From: Bryobacterales bacterium
GTDB lineage: Bacteria > Acidobacteriota > Terriglobia > Bryobacterales > Bryobacteraceae
Direction: 5' to 3'
DNA: 64,000 nt
Assembly (NCBI GenBank): GCA_963699905.1
Contig: CAVOVR010000007.1
Coordinates: forward strand, 152,355-216,354
How positions within the stretch are numbered: position 1 is the stretch's first letter; each line of letters opens with the position of its first letter. The notes below the pieces were generated by a model. That model made no database searches and was not told the origin of the DNA. It saw only the letters and a list, made by a program, of their open reading frames with translations. The position numbers were made by a program, and so were the translations under genes. This document shows positions 22,241 through 33,097 of the stretch, one piece after another.

Positions 22241-24640
22241 ATGAGGTGTAGCGCCTTGCTTCGACTTGTTCCGCGAGCCACCGGCATTTTGGTTCTGGCA
22301 TTGCCGGTCCTGGCATGGGCAGCGCAAACGACGGCCCTGGTGCCGTCGGTGTCCCAACTCACGCTCAGCGCGATTGCGAATGGTCCGGCGCCGCCTCCGC
22401 AAATTTTCACCGTTGTCGCGTCGGATGGCTCGTTCGTCAATATTGAAACGCTGGTGGACGGAGGGTCCGCGGGCAGCGCCGCACCGGCGTGGATCACAGT
22501 GACGCCGCATCTTGCCACAACGCCCGCGCAGGTGCAAGTGGCAGCGAATCCGGCCGGGCTCGGTCCAGGCGCCTATTCCGCGCGCGTCCAATTTACGGAC
22601 CTGAAAGGCAACTCGCTGGGGAGTGCAGTCTCGGTGACGCTCCAGGTTACAACGGGGCCGGCACAACTGGATGTTAGTCCGAAAATTCTGAACATCTCAG
22701 GCTCCATCGGGCAGGGGTACGTGCAACAAGGACTTTTCGTTCGCAATCTGGGGCCGGGAACGCTGGCGCCGGTGAGTGTCAGTGTGGTTTCGGGGTACCC
22801 GTGGCTCTCGGCAGTGGTTCCATCGTGCGATACGGCTTGCGCCATCACTATCCAGGTTGCGATCTCGACGCTCCCCCCTGGCCCACAAACTGGCCTGTTG
22901 CGAGTGAACACTGCATTAGGATCCGTCGACGTCCCGGTATCGTTGTATGCGGCCGATCACGGGCCGTTTGTTCAAGTGGCTCCCGAAGGTCTGCAATTCG
23001 GCACGGTGGAAAACACCAAGCTGGTGGATTCGCGCAGCATCTCGTTGGTCAACGGCGGAGATGGCCCCGCAAATTGGTCGGCGGCCGTGGTGGACGGTGC
23101 GGCGTGGCTTTCGCTCGATACCGCTTCGGGAGTAACCGCGGCCGGCGCGACGTCGCAGATCACGGCCACCATGAACTCCGGCTTTCTCGGCGGAGGCGTT
23201 TATGGTGGATTGATCGAGATCTCGGCGCAAGACGGAAGTTTCAACCCGCTCTACGTGCCGGTGGTGCTGCGAATCGAGAATCCCGGTACGGCGGCGGTTC
23301 CCGTGCTTTCCACCGGCGGTGTCCTTTTCCAAGTGCAGATCGGTTCTGAAGGCGAGCAACTGCCCGTGACGCTGTCGGCCGGGAGCCCGAGTTCGATCGA
23401 CTTTCAAGCGTCAGCGCAGAGCGCCGGGTGGCTTTCCGCCGGGCCGACGAGAGGGCAGGTGTCGGGGGCCTCTCCTGCCGCGCTGAACGTTGTTGAATCG
23501 CCCACTGGACTGGAGTCCGGCTTCTACAGCGGCCTGGTGAACGTTGCGTTCGGGACGGGCGCCTTGCGCACTCTCAACGTCGGCATGAGCGTGGTAGATC
23601 CGGCCAATATGAACTGCAAACCGCAGTTCCTCTACTTGACAGAGACGGCGCTGGGCAGTGGTTTCTCGACGCGCATTGGATATCCGACGCCGCTCGAAGC
23701 GGTGCTGCTGGACGACTGCGGCAACCTGGTCTCGAATGGATTCGTGAACGCGGCCTTTTCGAATGGCGATCCCGATCTGACGTTGGAACCGCTGGGTCAA
23801 GGCCAGTACGCGGCTACCTGGATGCCCGGCCACGCGTCCGATTCGCTGGCCAATGGCGTGGTAACGGTCACATTGAGCGCATTTGTTCCCAGGTTGGCCA
23901 TTGGATCCACCGATGCGAGCGGCACGGTTACGAGCGACACCGCGCCCTCCGTGACCGCTGATGCGGTTTTGAATAATTTGAATCCCCAGGTGGGTGCTCC
24001 CGTGGCGCCGGGGACCATCGTGCAAATTTATGGCTCGTCGTTGGGCATAACCGGTGCGGGCTCGTTGGTCAATGGGCAACTGCCCACCCAGTTGAATGGG
24101 GTTTCGGTGACCATCGGCGGAATCGAGGCGCCGCTCTATTTCGGCAGTAGCGGGCAGATCAACGCCCAGCTTCCGAACGAGCTTGAGGCCGGACAGCAGT
24201 ATGAGTTGTACGCCAACGTGAACGGACTTTACTCCAACCCCGTGACGGTAAATACGACGGCCGTGCAGCCTGGCTTGGCGAGCTTTGCCGACGGCACGGT
24301 GATCGCGCAGGATCTCAGCTACAGCCTGATCACCGCCGATCATCCGGCGCACGCGGGGGAAGTGATCATCCTGTATGCGACCGGCATGGGCGCCACGAAT
24401 CCGCCCGTGGCAACCGGAACTGTGGCGCCGAACTCGCCGCTGTCGAACGTCACGATGACTCCTCAGGTGACGGTCGGTGGCGCGAACGCGAAGGTGATAT
24501 TTGCGGGCTTATCGCCGGGATCGGTCGGGTTGTATCAAATTGACGTGACGATTCCGACGGGGGCAGGCACAGGAAGCGTGCCGCTGGTGATGAAGCAAGG
24601 CGGAGTAGCGGCCAACACGGTGATGGTGCCGGTGCAGTAG
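22241..24640 (+). CDS. Large secreted protein with repeated Ig-like/beta-sandwich segments and a Solibacter-type C-terminal domain (TIGR03437-like)
   Basis: Signal peptide MRCSALLRLVPRATGILVLALPVLAWAAQ. Repeated ...SVSVTLQV / VPVSLYA / VPVVLRIE modules. C-terminus ...IVQIYGSSLG...LPTQLNGVSVTIGGIEAPLYFGSSGQINAQLP...GLSPGSVGLYQIDVTIP. Intact 799 aa. Confidence 0.7.
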   Translation: MRCSALLRLVPRATGILVLALPVLAWAAQTTALVPSVSQLTLSAIANGPAPPPQIFTVVASDGSFVNIETLVDGGSAGSAAPAWITVTPHLATTPAQVQVAANPAGLGPGAYSARVQFTDLKGNSLGSAVSVTLQVTTGPAQLDVSPKILNISGSIGQGYVQQGLFVRNLGPGTLAPVSVSVVSGYPWLSAVVPSCDTACAITIQVAISTLPPGPQTGLLRVNTALGSVDVPVSLYAADHGPFVQVAPEGLQFGTVENTKLVDSRSISLVNGGDGPANWSAAVVDGAAWLSLDTASGVTAAGATSQITATMNSGFLGGGVYGGLIEISAQDGSFNPLYVPVVLRIENPGTAAVPVLSTGGVLFQVQIGSEGEQLPVTLSAGSPSSIDFQASAQSAGWLSAGPTRGQVSGASPAALNVVESPTGLESGFYSGLVNVAFGTGALRTLNVGMSVVDPANMNCKPQFLYLTETALGSGFSTRIGYPTPLEAVLLDDCGNLVSNGFVNAAFSNGDPDLTLEPLGQGQYAATWMPGHASDSLANGVVTVTLSAFVPRLAIGSTDASGTVTSDTAPSVTADAVLNNLNPQVGAPVAPGTIVQIYGSSLGITGAGSLVNGQLPTQLNGVSVTIGGIEAPLYFGSSGQINAQLPNELEAGQQYELYANVNGLYSNPVTVNTTAVQPGLASFADGTVIAQDLSYSLITADHPAHAGEVIILYATGMGATNPPVATGTVAPNSPLSNVTMTPQVTVGGANAKVIFAGLSPGSVGLYQIDVTIPTGAGTGSVPLVMKQGGVAANTVMVPVQ

Positions 24641-24676
24641 AACGGCGTTCAGTAAGATTCGAGACTGTCCCTCCAC

Positions 24677-25858
24677 GTGCCGATAAGCTCAAAGATGAGC
24701 GAAAAGGCCGGCGACAACGCTACAATCTCTGTAAGCCCGAAGTTGAAATTCGGCCAGGCACGAGTGGATAGCAGACCAGCCAAAGCCAAACGCAACGAAC
24801 ACCCTCTCCAGACTCCGCTCTTTGCGAATGGCGCGTCAAAGCGGGTGAAGCTACGGAAGCCTTCGCTGTTGGTTGAAGACAACACACCGGAAGGGCTGCA
24901 GGCACTTCTCGAAGCCAATCGTTATTACCGCGAAGTTGCTTGGCCAGAACCCTACAATCGTACCAGCCATCTTCTCCAGCTGGGTGACGCGCGGGATCTG
25001 TCTTGGCTATCTGACCGCTCCGTTCACTTGGTGGTTACGTCACCACCTTACTGGACGTTGAAAGAGTACGCCGCGGGCAATGGCAACCAGATGGGCCATT
25101 TCGAAGACTATGATCATTTCCTGACGGAACTGGATCGCGTCTGGAAAGAGTGCGCTCGTGTTCTGGTGGGCGGCGGGCGTATCTGTTGCGTTGTGGGAGA
25201 CGTTTGCATCCCGCGTAAGCAAGGCGGACGGCATTATCTGGTGCCACTCCATTCCGATATTCAGGTGCGGGCGCGTAGGCTTGGCCTGGACTGCCTCACA
25301 CCTATTCTCTGGCACAAGATCGCGAACGGCGCGACGGAAGCGCAGGGTAATGGGGCTGGATTTTATGGCAAGCCTTATCAGCCCGGCGGCATTATCAAGA
25401 ACGACATCGAGTACATTCTGTTCTTGCGCAAAGGCGGCGAATACCGATCGGTACCAATGATCCAGAAGAGCCTTTCGATGCTGACGCGTGAGGAGATGCA
25501 GACCTGGCAGCGCTCGATCTGGACGGATTTACGTGGCGCCTCCACTCGATCCGGGCACCCGGCCCCCTATCCTGTGGAATTGGCGGAACGGCTGATCAAG
25601 CTCTTTTCGTTCGCAGGCGACACGATCCTCGATCCATTCGCCGGAACAGGGTCAACATCGCAAGCTGCTATCATCGCGGGAAGGAATTCGATCGCCAACG
25701 AAATCGAGCCTACTTATTTCGAGATTGCCAAGCGGCGCATTTTGGACACCGCCAGGGAGCCTCGACTGGCTGGCGCGACTGAGGCCCATGTCCGATTCGA
25801 CGGAGGCACTGCCACAGACCGGCTACCGCTTGCTGACCGAATTCCGGCACCTCTTTGA
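24677..25858 (+). CDS. Type II DNA methyltransferase, beta class (N4-cytosine or N6-adenine)
   Basis: Motif IV VHLVVTSPPYW lies upstream of motif I ILDPFAGTGSTSQAA (beta-class order). About 95 aa of basic N-terminal extension; the true start may be internal. About 52-55% G+C. Confidence 0.85.
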   Translation: MPISSKMSEKAGDNATISVSPKLKFGQARVDSRPAKAKRNEHPLQTPLFANGASKRVKLRKPSLLVEDNTPEGLQALLEANRYYREVAWPEPYNRTSHLLQLGDARDLSWLSDRSVHLVVTSPPYWTLKEYAAGNGNQMGHFEDYDHFLTELDRVWKECARVLVGGGRICCVVGDVCIPRKQGGRHYLVPLHSDIQVRARRLGLDCLTPILWHKIANGATEAQGNGAGFYGKPYQPGGIIKNDIEYILFLRKGGEYRSVPMIQKSLSMLTREEMQTWQRSIWTDLRGASTRSGHPAPYPVELAERLIKLFSFAGDTILDPFAGTGSTSQAAIIAGRNSIANEIEPTYFEIAKRRILDTAREPRLAGATEAHVRFDGGTATDRLPLADRIPAPL

Positions 25859-26531
25859 AGGCAAGATCTACAAACATCGAGCGTCAAATCAGGGCGACTT
25901 CGTCGCGATGCACTTCTATGAGGACTTGCTTGACGTTCGCCGGTCTTCCAAGTTAGTAGATGGAATCCTAACTCGCAAGGATCGGGTGTTGAATGTTCAA
26001 AATCGACGCCGAGGCATTGCCGCTCGCCGCGGTGATGGAACATTGGGCGAGATTATTCCGGGCGAGGCCGCAATCTTTGACGCTGGCTATCGGGTGGCAA
26101 GACGGCCAATCGCCACCCTTGAAATTGGCGTCGAAGTGAAGATACTCGCGAAAGCGATGATCAAGCAGATCGATCGCGTAATCAACGATCTGAAAAATCA
26201 AGTAACCCAGTTCAAACGCGGCGGCGGAAATCCAATCTGCGTCGCGATAGTCGGAATCAACCAAGCGGAGAGCACGATCGGTTACGAGGGCGACCGTCCG
26301 TTTCCCACGACGGGCAAAGACGGATTCCTACACCCTTTCCAAGAAGCACCCGAGGCAGAGCGCCGGCTGCGATTGTTGGCAGCGCCCGATTACGATGAAT
26401 TCCTGATCTTGCCCTTCAAGGCCTCGAACGCGGAACCCTATCCGTTTGAGTGGGCAAACTACAATGAGACGCGTCTGGACTATGCCGCGGCTCTTGCGCG
26501 GATCAGTGCGCGCTATCAGCAACGTTTCTGA
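25788..26531 (+). CDS. Putative type II restriction endonuclease (PD-(D/E)xK)
   Basis: Lies immediately downstream of, and overlapping, the methyltransferase. IFDAG...LEIGVEVKILAKAM fits D...ExK. No other family signal. The start (ATG 25788, or TTG near 25828) is uncertain. Confidence 0.55.
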   Translation: MSDSTEALPQTGYRLLTEFRHLFEGKIYKHRASNQGDFVAMHFYEDLLDVRRSSKLVDGILTRKDRVLNVQNRRRGIAARRGDGTLGEIIPGEAAIFDAGYRVARRPIATLEIGVEVKILAKAMIKQIDRVINDLKNQVTQFKRGGGNPICVAIVGINQAESTIGYEGDRPFPTTGKDGFLHPFQEAPEAERRLRLLAAPDYDEFLILPFKASNAEPYPFEWANYNETRLDYAAALARISARYQQRF

Positions 26532-28215
26532 GCCCGGCGGGCTGACGGTTAGGAGTGTTGGCATCGAACAGCCGGCTGACCGCCAAGCCCACCAAAATCA
26601 CCACCACGCAGCCGATCACGTTGTACCACAGGAACGAAATCTTGGTGAACAAATTCGCGGCGAAGATGGCCGCTTCGCCCGCCATTACGCCAAAGAACGC
26701 GCCGTTGGCGCCGACGCTGCGGAAGAAGAACGCCAGCACAAATACGCCCAGCAGCCCGCCATAGAACAGCGATCCGATCACGTTCACGGCCTGGATCAAA
26801 GCCCCGAAGTTCTTGCCGTACTGCGCGAAGCCCATCGCAAAGCAGCCCCAAAAGATGGTCGCGATGCGCGAGGCGATCAGGTAATGCCGGTCGGAGGCAT
26901 CGCGCTTGATGTGGCGGCGGTAGATATCGATCACGGTGACGGCAGACAACGAGTTGATCTCGCCTGACGTCGACGACATGGCTGCCGAAAAAATCACGGC
27001 GACAATCAGGCCGACCACGCCCACGGGAAGATAGCGCGTCACAAACGACAGAAAGATGTAGTTGGTGTCGTCGAATTCTTTTCCGACCAGATGCTCGCCC
27101 GCGGCGTGCGCGCGTTCAGTTCCTGCTGGGCATTGCGGTAACGATCGAGGCTGGCTTCCCGCGCGGTGCGGTCGCCCGAGTGAGTGGCCTGCAGGTATTG
27201 ATCCGCGGCATCGCGCCGATGGGCGAATGCTTCCTCGTAACGGCGCTCCACTGCCGGGAATCGCGCATCCCGCTGGACGTTCTTCAGTTCCACGGGCTGA
27301 AACAGGACCGGCGGAGCTTCAAAATTGTAGAACACGAATACCATCGCGCCGATGAACAGGATGAAAAACTGCATCGGGATCTTGGCCATGGCGTTGAGCA
27401 GCAAGCTGAGGCGGCTGTGCGCCACCGATTTTCCGGTGAGGTAGCGCTGCACTTGCGACTGGTCGCATCCGAAGTAGGCCAACGCCAGAAACATGCCGCC
27501 AATCAGACCGCTCCAGATGTTGTAGCGGTCGTTCCAATCGAAGTTAAGAGTTACGGCATTCAGCCGCCCGGCCGCGCCGGCCAGCGAAACCGCGTCGCGC
27601 GAAAGAAACACGGTGCGGCAGAAGATGGATCGCGAGTAGCAGCGCAAGCACAAGGCCACAAAGGATCAGCGACATTTGCTGAACGTCGGCCCACGTAACC
27701 GCTTTGATCCCGCCGAAAGAGATGTACGTCATGATGAGGACGCCCATCAGGATGGTGGTCGTCCGATCGGGCCATCCCAGGATCACCGAGAGCACCACGG
27801 CCGGCGCATAGAGCGACAGCCCGGAGGCTAGGCCGCGCTGGATGAGAAAAATGAAGCTCACCAGGGAGCGGGTCTTGGAATCGAAGCGGTGTTCCAGGTA
27901 TTCATACGCGGTATAGACATTGGCGCGATGAAAAATCGGCACGGCGGTCGCGCACAGGATCACCATCGCGATCGGCAGCCCGAAATAAAACTGCACGAAG
28001 CGCATTCCGTCGGTATAGCTTTGACCCGTGGTGGAGATGAAAGTGATGGCGCTGGCCTGCGTGGCCATGATGGAAAGACCCATGGCGTACCAGGGCATCG
28101 ATTTGCCGGCCAGCAGGTACTTGTTCATGGTGCTGCTGCCGCGGCCGCGGTAAAGTCCGTAGCTCACAATGAACGCGAGCCACGTGAACATCACCACCCA
28201 ATCGAGTGGCCTCAT
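26503..28215 (-). CDS. Sodium:solute symporter (SSS) family transporter, 2-3 frameshifts
   Basis: MRPLDWVVMFTWLAFIVSYGLYRGRGSSTMNKYLLAGKSMPWYAMGLSIMATQASAITFISTTGQSY... | ...NDRYNIWSGLIGGMFLALAYFGCDQSQVQRYLTGKS...AKIPMQFFILFIGAMVF | ...YLPVGVVGLIVAVIFSAAMSSTSGEINSLSAV... Confidence 0.8.
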
Positions 28216-28379
28216 GAATCAAAAACTCGCGTGAAGACGTAGAACCCGGCCATAAGGAACGCGAGGTAACAGAGCACGATGATGTAAATTCGCCGCCAGG
28301 ACCCGAGAATCGGCGGCGGCTCGTCTTCGGCGCCGTGGAGTATGTTGGAGTGCGGTATTCTGTCGGGCACGCCGCTCAC
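28212..28379 (-). CDS. Small single-TM membrane protein, translationally coupled on both sides
   Basis: The GTG at 28379 overlaps the stop of the upstream gene (GTGA). Its own TGA overlaps the symporter ATG (ATGA at 28212-28215). 55 aa, ending ...WRRIYIIVLCYLAFLMAGFYVFTRVFDS. Confidence 0.5.
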   Translation of the reverse strand: MSGVPDRIPHSNILHGAEDEPPPILGSWRRIYIIVLCYLAFLMAGFYVFTRVFDS

Positions 28380-30932
28380 AGCGTTTTCCCGGCGCTCAAC
28401 AAATTCGCAAAGATGCGGAATGCGCCCGGAACTCCCGCCGGTAATTCGCGGAACCAGGAAAACGCGGTGAACACGTAAGCGCCCTTGCCGTAATGCGTGT
28501 ACAGCGTAATGCCCGTCTGCGGTTTTTCGCCGGGGTCGTGGGTTTCGAATAGCGCCTGGTAATGCTCGTCCCATTTGGACGCGAAGTAAAGGCCACGTTC
28601 CTGAATCCATCCTTCGAAATCGCGCGCCGTAATTTCGTTGGGCTGGTGCAACAACGGACTCGCGGGAATCAGAAATTGAACGGGGGCTTCTTCCACCGTC
28701 ACGCGCTCGCGGCCCGTGGTGATGGGGTAAGGGCCGATATTCGCCAGCAAGTTGGTGTCGCCGCCGAACGGATTGCCCCCTTCGGCGACGTTGTACTGCA
28801 CCACCAGCGTGCCGCCGTTCTTTACATACTCCAACAGCCGGCCCTGATTGGCGCGCAGATCGGCGCGAATGTTATAGGCCCGCACTCCGGTGACGATGGC
28901 GTCGAAGCGGGCGAGATTTGCGGTCGCGAGATCGTCGGCCCCAAGAAACATCACATCCGCGCCCAATTGTTGCAGTGCTTGCGGCACTTCATCGCCCGCA
29001 CCCATTACGTAGCCGATGGTTCTCGGCAGCAGCCGGACATCGGCGCGGACCAGCTTGGCCGTGGCGGGTGGAAACAAGACCTGGGTTGGAATGTGCGGGT
29101 AATTGATAGTCTGCATCTCAGTGCTGACGTTTTGATCTCCCACTCGCGCACTGGCTTGAAGAACGTCTTGCGCGTCAGAGGATGGCGGCGCCAATTGGAA
29201 TGAAAGAACGCTTTGCTCGCCCGCATCGGCGAGCTGAAACTTTTGGGAATTCGCCCGGACTTGCCAGCCGGCTGGCGCCTGGATGCGAACCTCGCCAGCA
29301 ACCTTCGGAACATTCGCTTTCACTTGCAACTCGACCGTCTTCGCCGCCCCTTGCGGAAACAACACCGCGGCTTGCGACCACTGCAGCGCCACGGGAGGTT
29401 CAACCACCACGGGCCGGGTTAATTCGCCCTGCGCGCGCTCGATATAACGATACTGGACCGGCCGAACTACTTCGACGTCATCCGATTCGATCCGCAAGTG
29501 AAAATGCGCCTTGAATAGCGGCGGATTTTCGGCCAGGCCGACGTCGAGCTGGTTCGGGATCGCGTAGGTGTCGCCTTGCTTCGGCTGTATCAGCCAGTAG
29601 GGTTGCGACAACGCCTGATGCTCACGTACCGTGGCCGTCAGAGTGAAAGTCTGGGGCTCATTGAAAGGCAGCACAGCGCCGAATTTGGCCTTAGTTGTAG
29701 AGGGCGTCGTGGCGGGCGCGATGCCCTCAATTTCAATCGACTTCACCTGCACCGCCAAATGATCGCGGCTCAGCGCCGTTGCGTCGAACTTGAGCCCTCC
29801 CCCGGGCGTCACGGCATACTTATCCGCGGTCGCATCCAGCCATAAGCCGGAACAGAGCGCGATTGTGTCGGTCGAGGTCGTGCTGTTTTTCATCCGGCAG
29901 CGGCGGGCGCAGCGAGGCCATGGCTTTTTGCGCTTTGAGCAGCAGCGGCACGATGCGATCGGGATTCTCCGGGTCGAAACTCCGAGCCGCCTCCGCCAGT
30001 ACTTTGCCTACCGCCGCTCCCCCTGGAACGCGATTCCAGGAAATATCGATGCCGTCGAAGATGTCCTTCGTGGCGACAGGACCGGCCTGCGTCACCAGAT
30101 AGTCCTTGGCGGCTCCCCGGCGCTCGGCTGCGCCCATCCCTTGGCTGCGATGCATGCTGCGCGACATGCCGGCGATCTCGGCATACGAGTGGCCCAGCAC
30201 GGCATCATATTCGCCCGGATCGACGACGATGCGGTTGGGCATCTTCTCCACCTCTTCACGCTGCTCTTTGGTAAACGCCCCCGGATTCCACATCAGACGC
30301 TTGGCTTGCCAGGGCTGGACCCATTGCAACTGCTCCGGAAATCTCTTGGGGTCGGCAGCGGCGGTGAACGCTTCCTTGCCAAGAATCGCCGAGACCTGGT
30401 GCTGGCCGTGCCCGTCGCGCGGCGTGCCGCTGAACCGCAGAATAATCACGTCGGGCTGGAAGCGGCGGATCACCCAAACCACGTCGCCCAGGATTTTCTC
30501 GCGCCCCCACTTATCGAGAGTTTCTTCCGGAGTTTTGGTGAAGCCGAAGTCGATCGCGCGCGTGAAGAACTGTTCCGCGCCGTCGATCCTGCGGGCAGCC
30601 AGCAGCTCTTGCGTGCGGATCACGCCCAGCGCGTCGCCTTGCTCGGCGCCAATCAGATTTTGGCCGCCCTCGCCGCGCGTGATCGACAAATAGCCCGTCC
30701 GCACCTTGCGCCCGCGCGCCAGATAAGCCAGCAGCGCGGTGTTCTCGTCATCGGGATGCGCCGCGATCATCAGGACGCTCCCCACTACATTCAGCCGGTC
30801 GAGAGCCAGGCGTGCCTGCGCCGATCCCGACAGCTCGCGCTGCGCGAATGCGGGCGTAAGACAGGCGCCGATGAGAACGGCTAGGATAGACGTGCGCACA
30901 AGGTCCAAAGGAATATGATACGGGACGGGCAA
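28376..30932 (-). CDS. Large secreted PIG-L family deacetylase with a long C-terminal extension (one frameshift near 29850)
   Basis: N-terminus: signal peptide, then VLMIAAHPDDENTALLAYLARGRKVRTGYLSITRGEGGQN...DGHGQHQ (PIG-L/LmbE motifs). It continues in the +1 frame as track ORF 28376..29893. Confidence 0.75.
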
Positions 30933-33097
30933 GGGGGTTGGGGATTGGGGACTGGAGATTCGCGGCGAAGCTCCGTTTATGTCTGCCTGTCACTGCTCAT
31001 TGTGGTGGTTCTGTTCTTCCACAAACCACTGTTCAGCACCGCATACACCTTCCCGTGGGATTTTCGCGGCGTCCAGGTTCCACTCATCACGTTCCTTCGC
31101 GATCAACTTGCTCGAAACCGCTTCGCGCTTTGGAACCCGTACACGTATTGCGGCTACCCGATTTTCGCCAACATCCAGGCCTGCTTCTTTCATCCGCTGG
31201 TGTTCGCGAGCGCATTGATCAGCAGCCGGTTGTCGTGGTCAAGCTTGCCGCTCCTGCTTGAATGGGCCGTCGTCCTGCAAGTGTGGATCGCCGGCGTCGC
31301 CGCGTATCGTCTGTTCCGCGAGTTCGGCCTCGGTACAGCGCCCGCCTGGACCGGCGCGGTAATGTTTGAAACCGGCAGCTACTTCGCATCGCGAGCCGAG
31401 CACATCGATTCGATGATGGCCGCGGCCTGGATGCCGCTGGCGTGGCTGGCGGTCTGGAAGTTAGCCGTTCCGAGTTCCGATGCCCGGCTCCGTCTGGATT
31501 GGCTGGCAGTACTCGCCGCGGCGCTCGGGTTATCGGTTTGGGGCGGATTCCCGCAGGCCACGGTGGCGGTCTTCGGATCAACCGTAATGTTCGCGGGACT
31601 ACTCGCCCTGTTACGCATGGGATCGGCCCGAGTGCTCGCCCGGACCTGCTGCGGCTGCGTGTTGGGCATTCTGCTGGCTGCGGCGCCATTCATTCCCACC
31701 ACACAGCTCACCGAATTGAGCGTCGCGAAATATCGCGCGGACTGGCTCGGAAGCGGCGGCGGGCTGTATTGGCAAAGCCTGGTCTCGCTCGTCGCCCCCA
31801 ATCACTACAACATATTCGACATCGGCCGTTTCAACGGCCCGGGCGACCCGACGTTTCTCTATCTGTACAGCAGCATCGCCGGATTGCTTCTCGCGATCTT
31901 CGCGCTCGTGTTCGCGGTAGTGACGCGCCGCAATCGGACCACCGCACTGTTCGCTCTCCTGCTCGCTTTCGCTATGTTCTGGATGCTCGGCGACAAGACC
32001 CTCGTGTGGCGAGCACTCTTTCCGCTCTTGCCCGAGAAGGTGCGCATCGGAATCCACCCCGAGTACACCTACTCCATCTTCAGCCTTGCAATCGCAGGGC
32101 TGGCCGCGATTGGACTCGATTCCATCCGGATCCCCAATCTGGCTCGTTGGGCGATCGGAATCATCATCGCCGTCGATCTGTTCCTGGTCGGATCGGGACG
32201 CCCGATGAACAGTTCGGTGGTCGCTCAGGATCCGGGCGTGACGCGGAACGCATTCGATGGCAATAGTTTCTTGCTCGAGCGAGGTCCGGCGTTACGTGGA
32301 TCAAAGCGTTCCGCCCTGGCGCATCGATACCTTCGACTCGAGCATGGAGTGGACCTACGGCGCGCCCATCCTTCAAGTGCCCAGCGCGAGCGGTATCAGC
32401 CCTCTCGCGCTCGAAAACACCATTCAACTGCGGCTGTTTCTGCACGACGGGAACCGCGCGGGCTGGTATTATCCGCTCGAAAAACTCGATTCGCCCGTGC
32501 TGGATCTGATGAACGTGCGTTACGTGCTCGCGCGCGCCACCGACGTTCCCCGCCTTTCCGCGATCCCGAAGTTCAGGCATGTCGCCAGCCTTCCCGGCGC
32601 CGAGCTATTCGAAAATACGGCAGTTCTTCCCCGCTTCTACTTCGTGCGCCGGGTCCGGCAGGTGTCCGCGCTCGCCGAGGCGCACGCATTGATTGAACAC
32701 GGAAAAATCGATCTTCGCGACACCGCCGTCGCAGACCAACCCATCGATCTTCCGCCGGCAGATTCCGCCGTGCCGCCCGGTGAGGTGACGGTTACGCAAT
32801 ATGAGCCATCCCGCCTCGAACTGTCCCTGCGTGCCGCGCCGCCCCTCCCTATTGGTTCTTTCCGAGACCTACTATCCTGGATGGAAGGCCTGGATCGACG
32901 GCCGGCCCACCGCGATTTACCCGGTCGACATCGCGTTGCGGGGCGTCGTCGTCCCGGCTGGCGCGCACCAGCTCCGCATGGAGTTCCGCCCGGCGATCCT
33001 GCCGCTCTCGCTTGGCATCTCGCTTGCTACCGCAATTCTATTGGCAATTTTTCCAATTCTGTGCAGGGCCGGAGCTACATCGTTACAATTAAATTGA
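30915..33097 (+). CDS. YfhO-like (GT-C type) membrane glycosyltransferase, 2 frameshifts
   Basis: FHKPLFSTAYTFPWDFRGVQVPLITFLRDQLARNRFALWNPYTYCGYPIFANIQACFFHPL... with many TM segments. It continues in frames starting near 32257 and 32801, ending ...SETYYPGWKAWIDGRPTAIYPVDIALRGVVVPAGAHQLRMEF. Confidence 0.65.
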
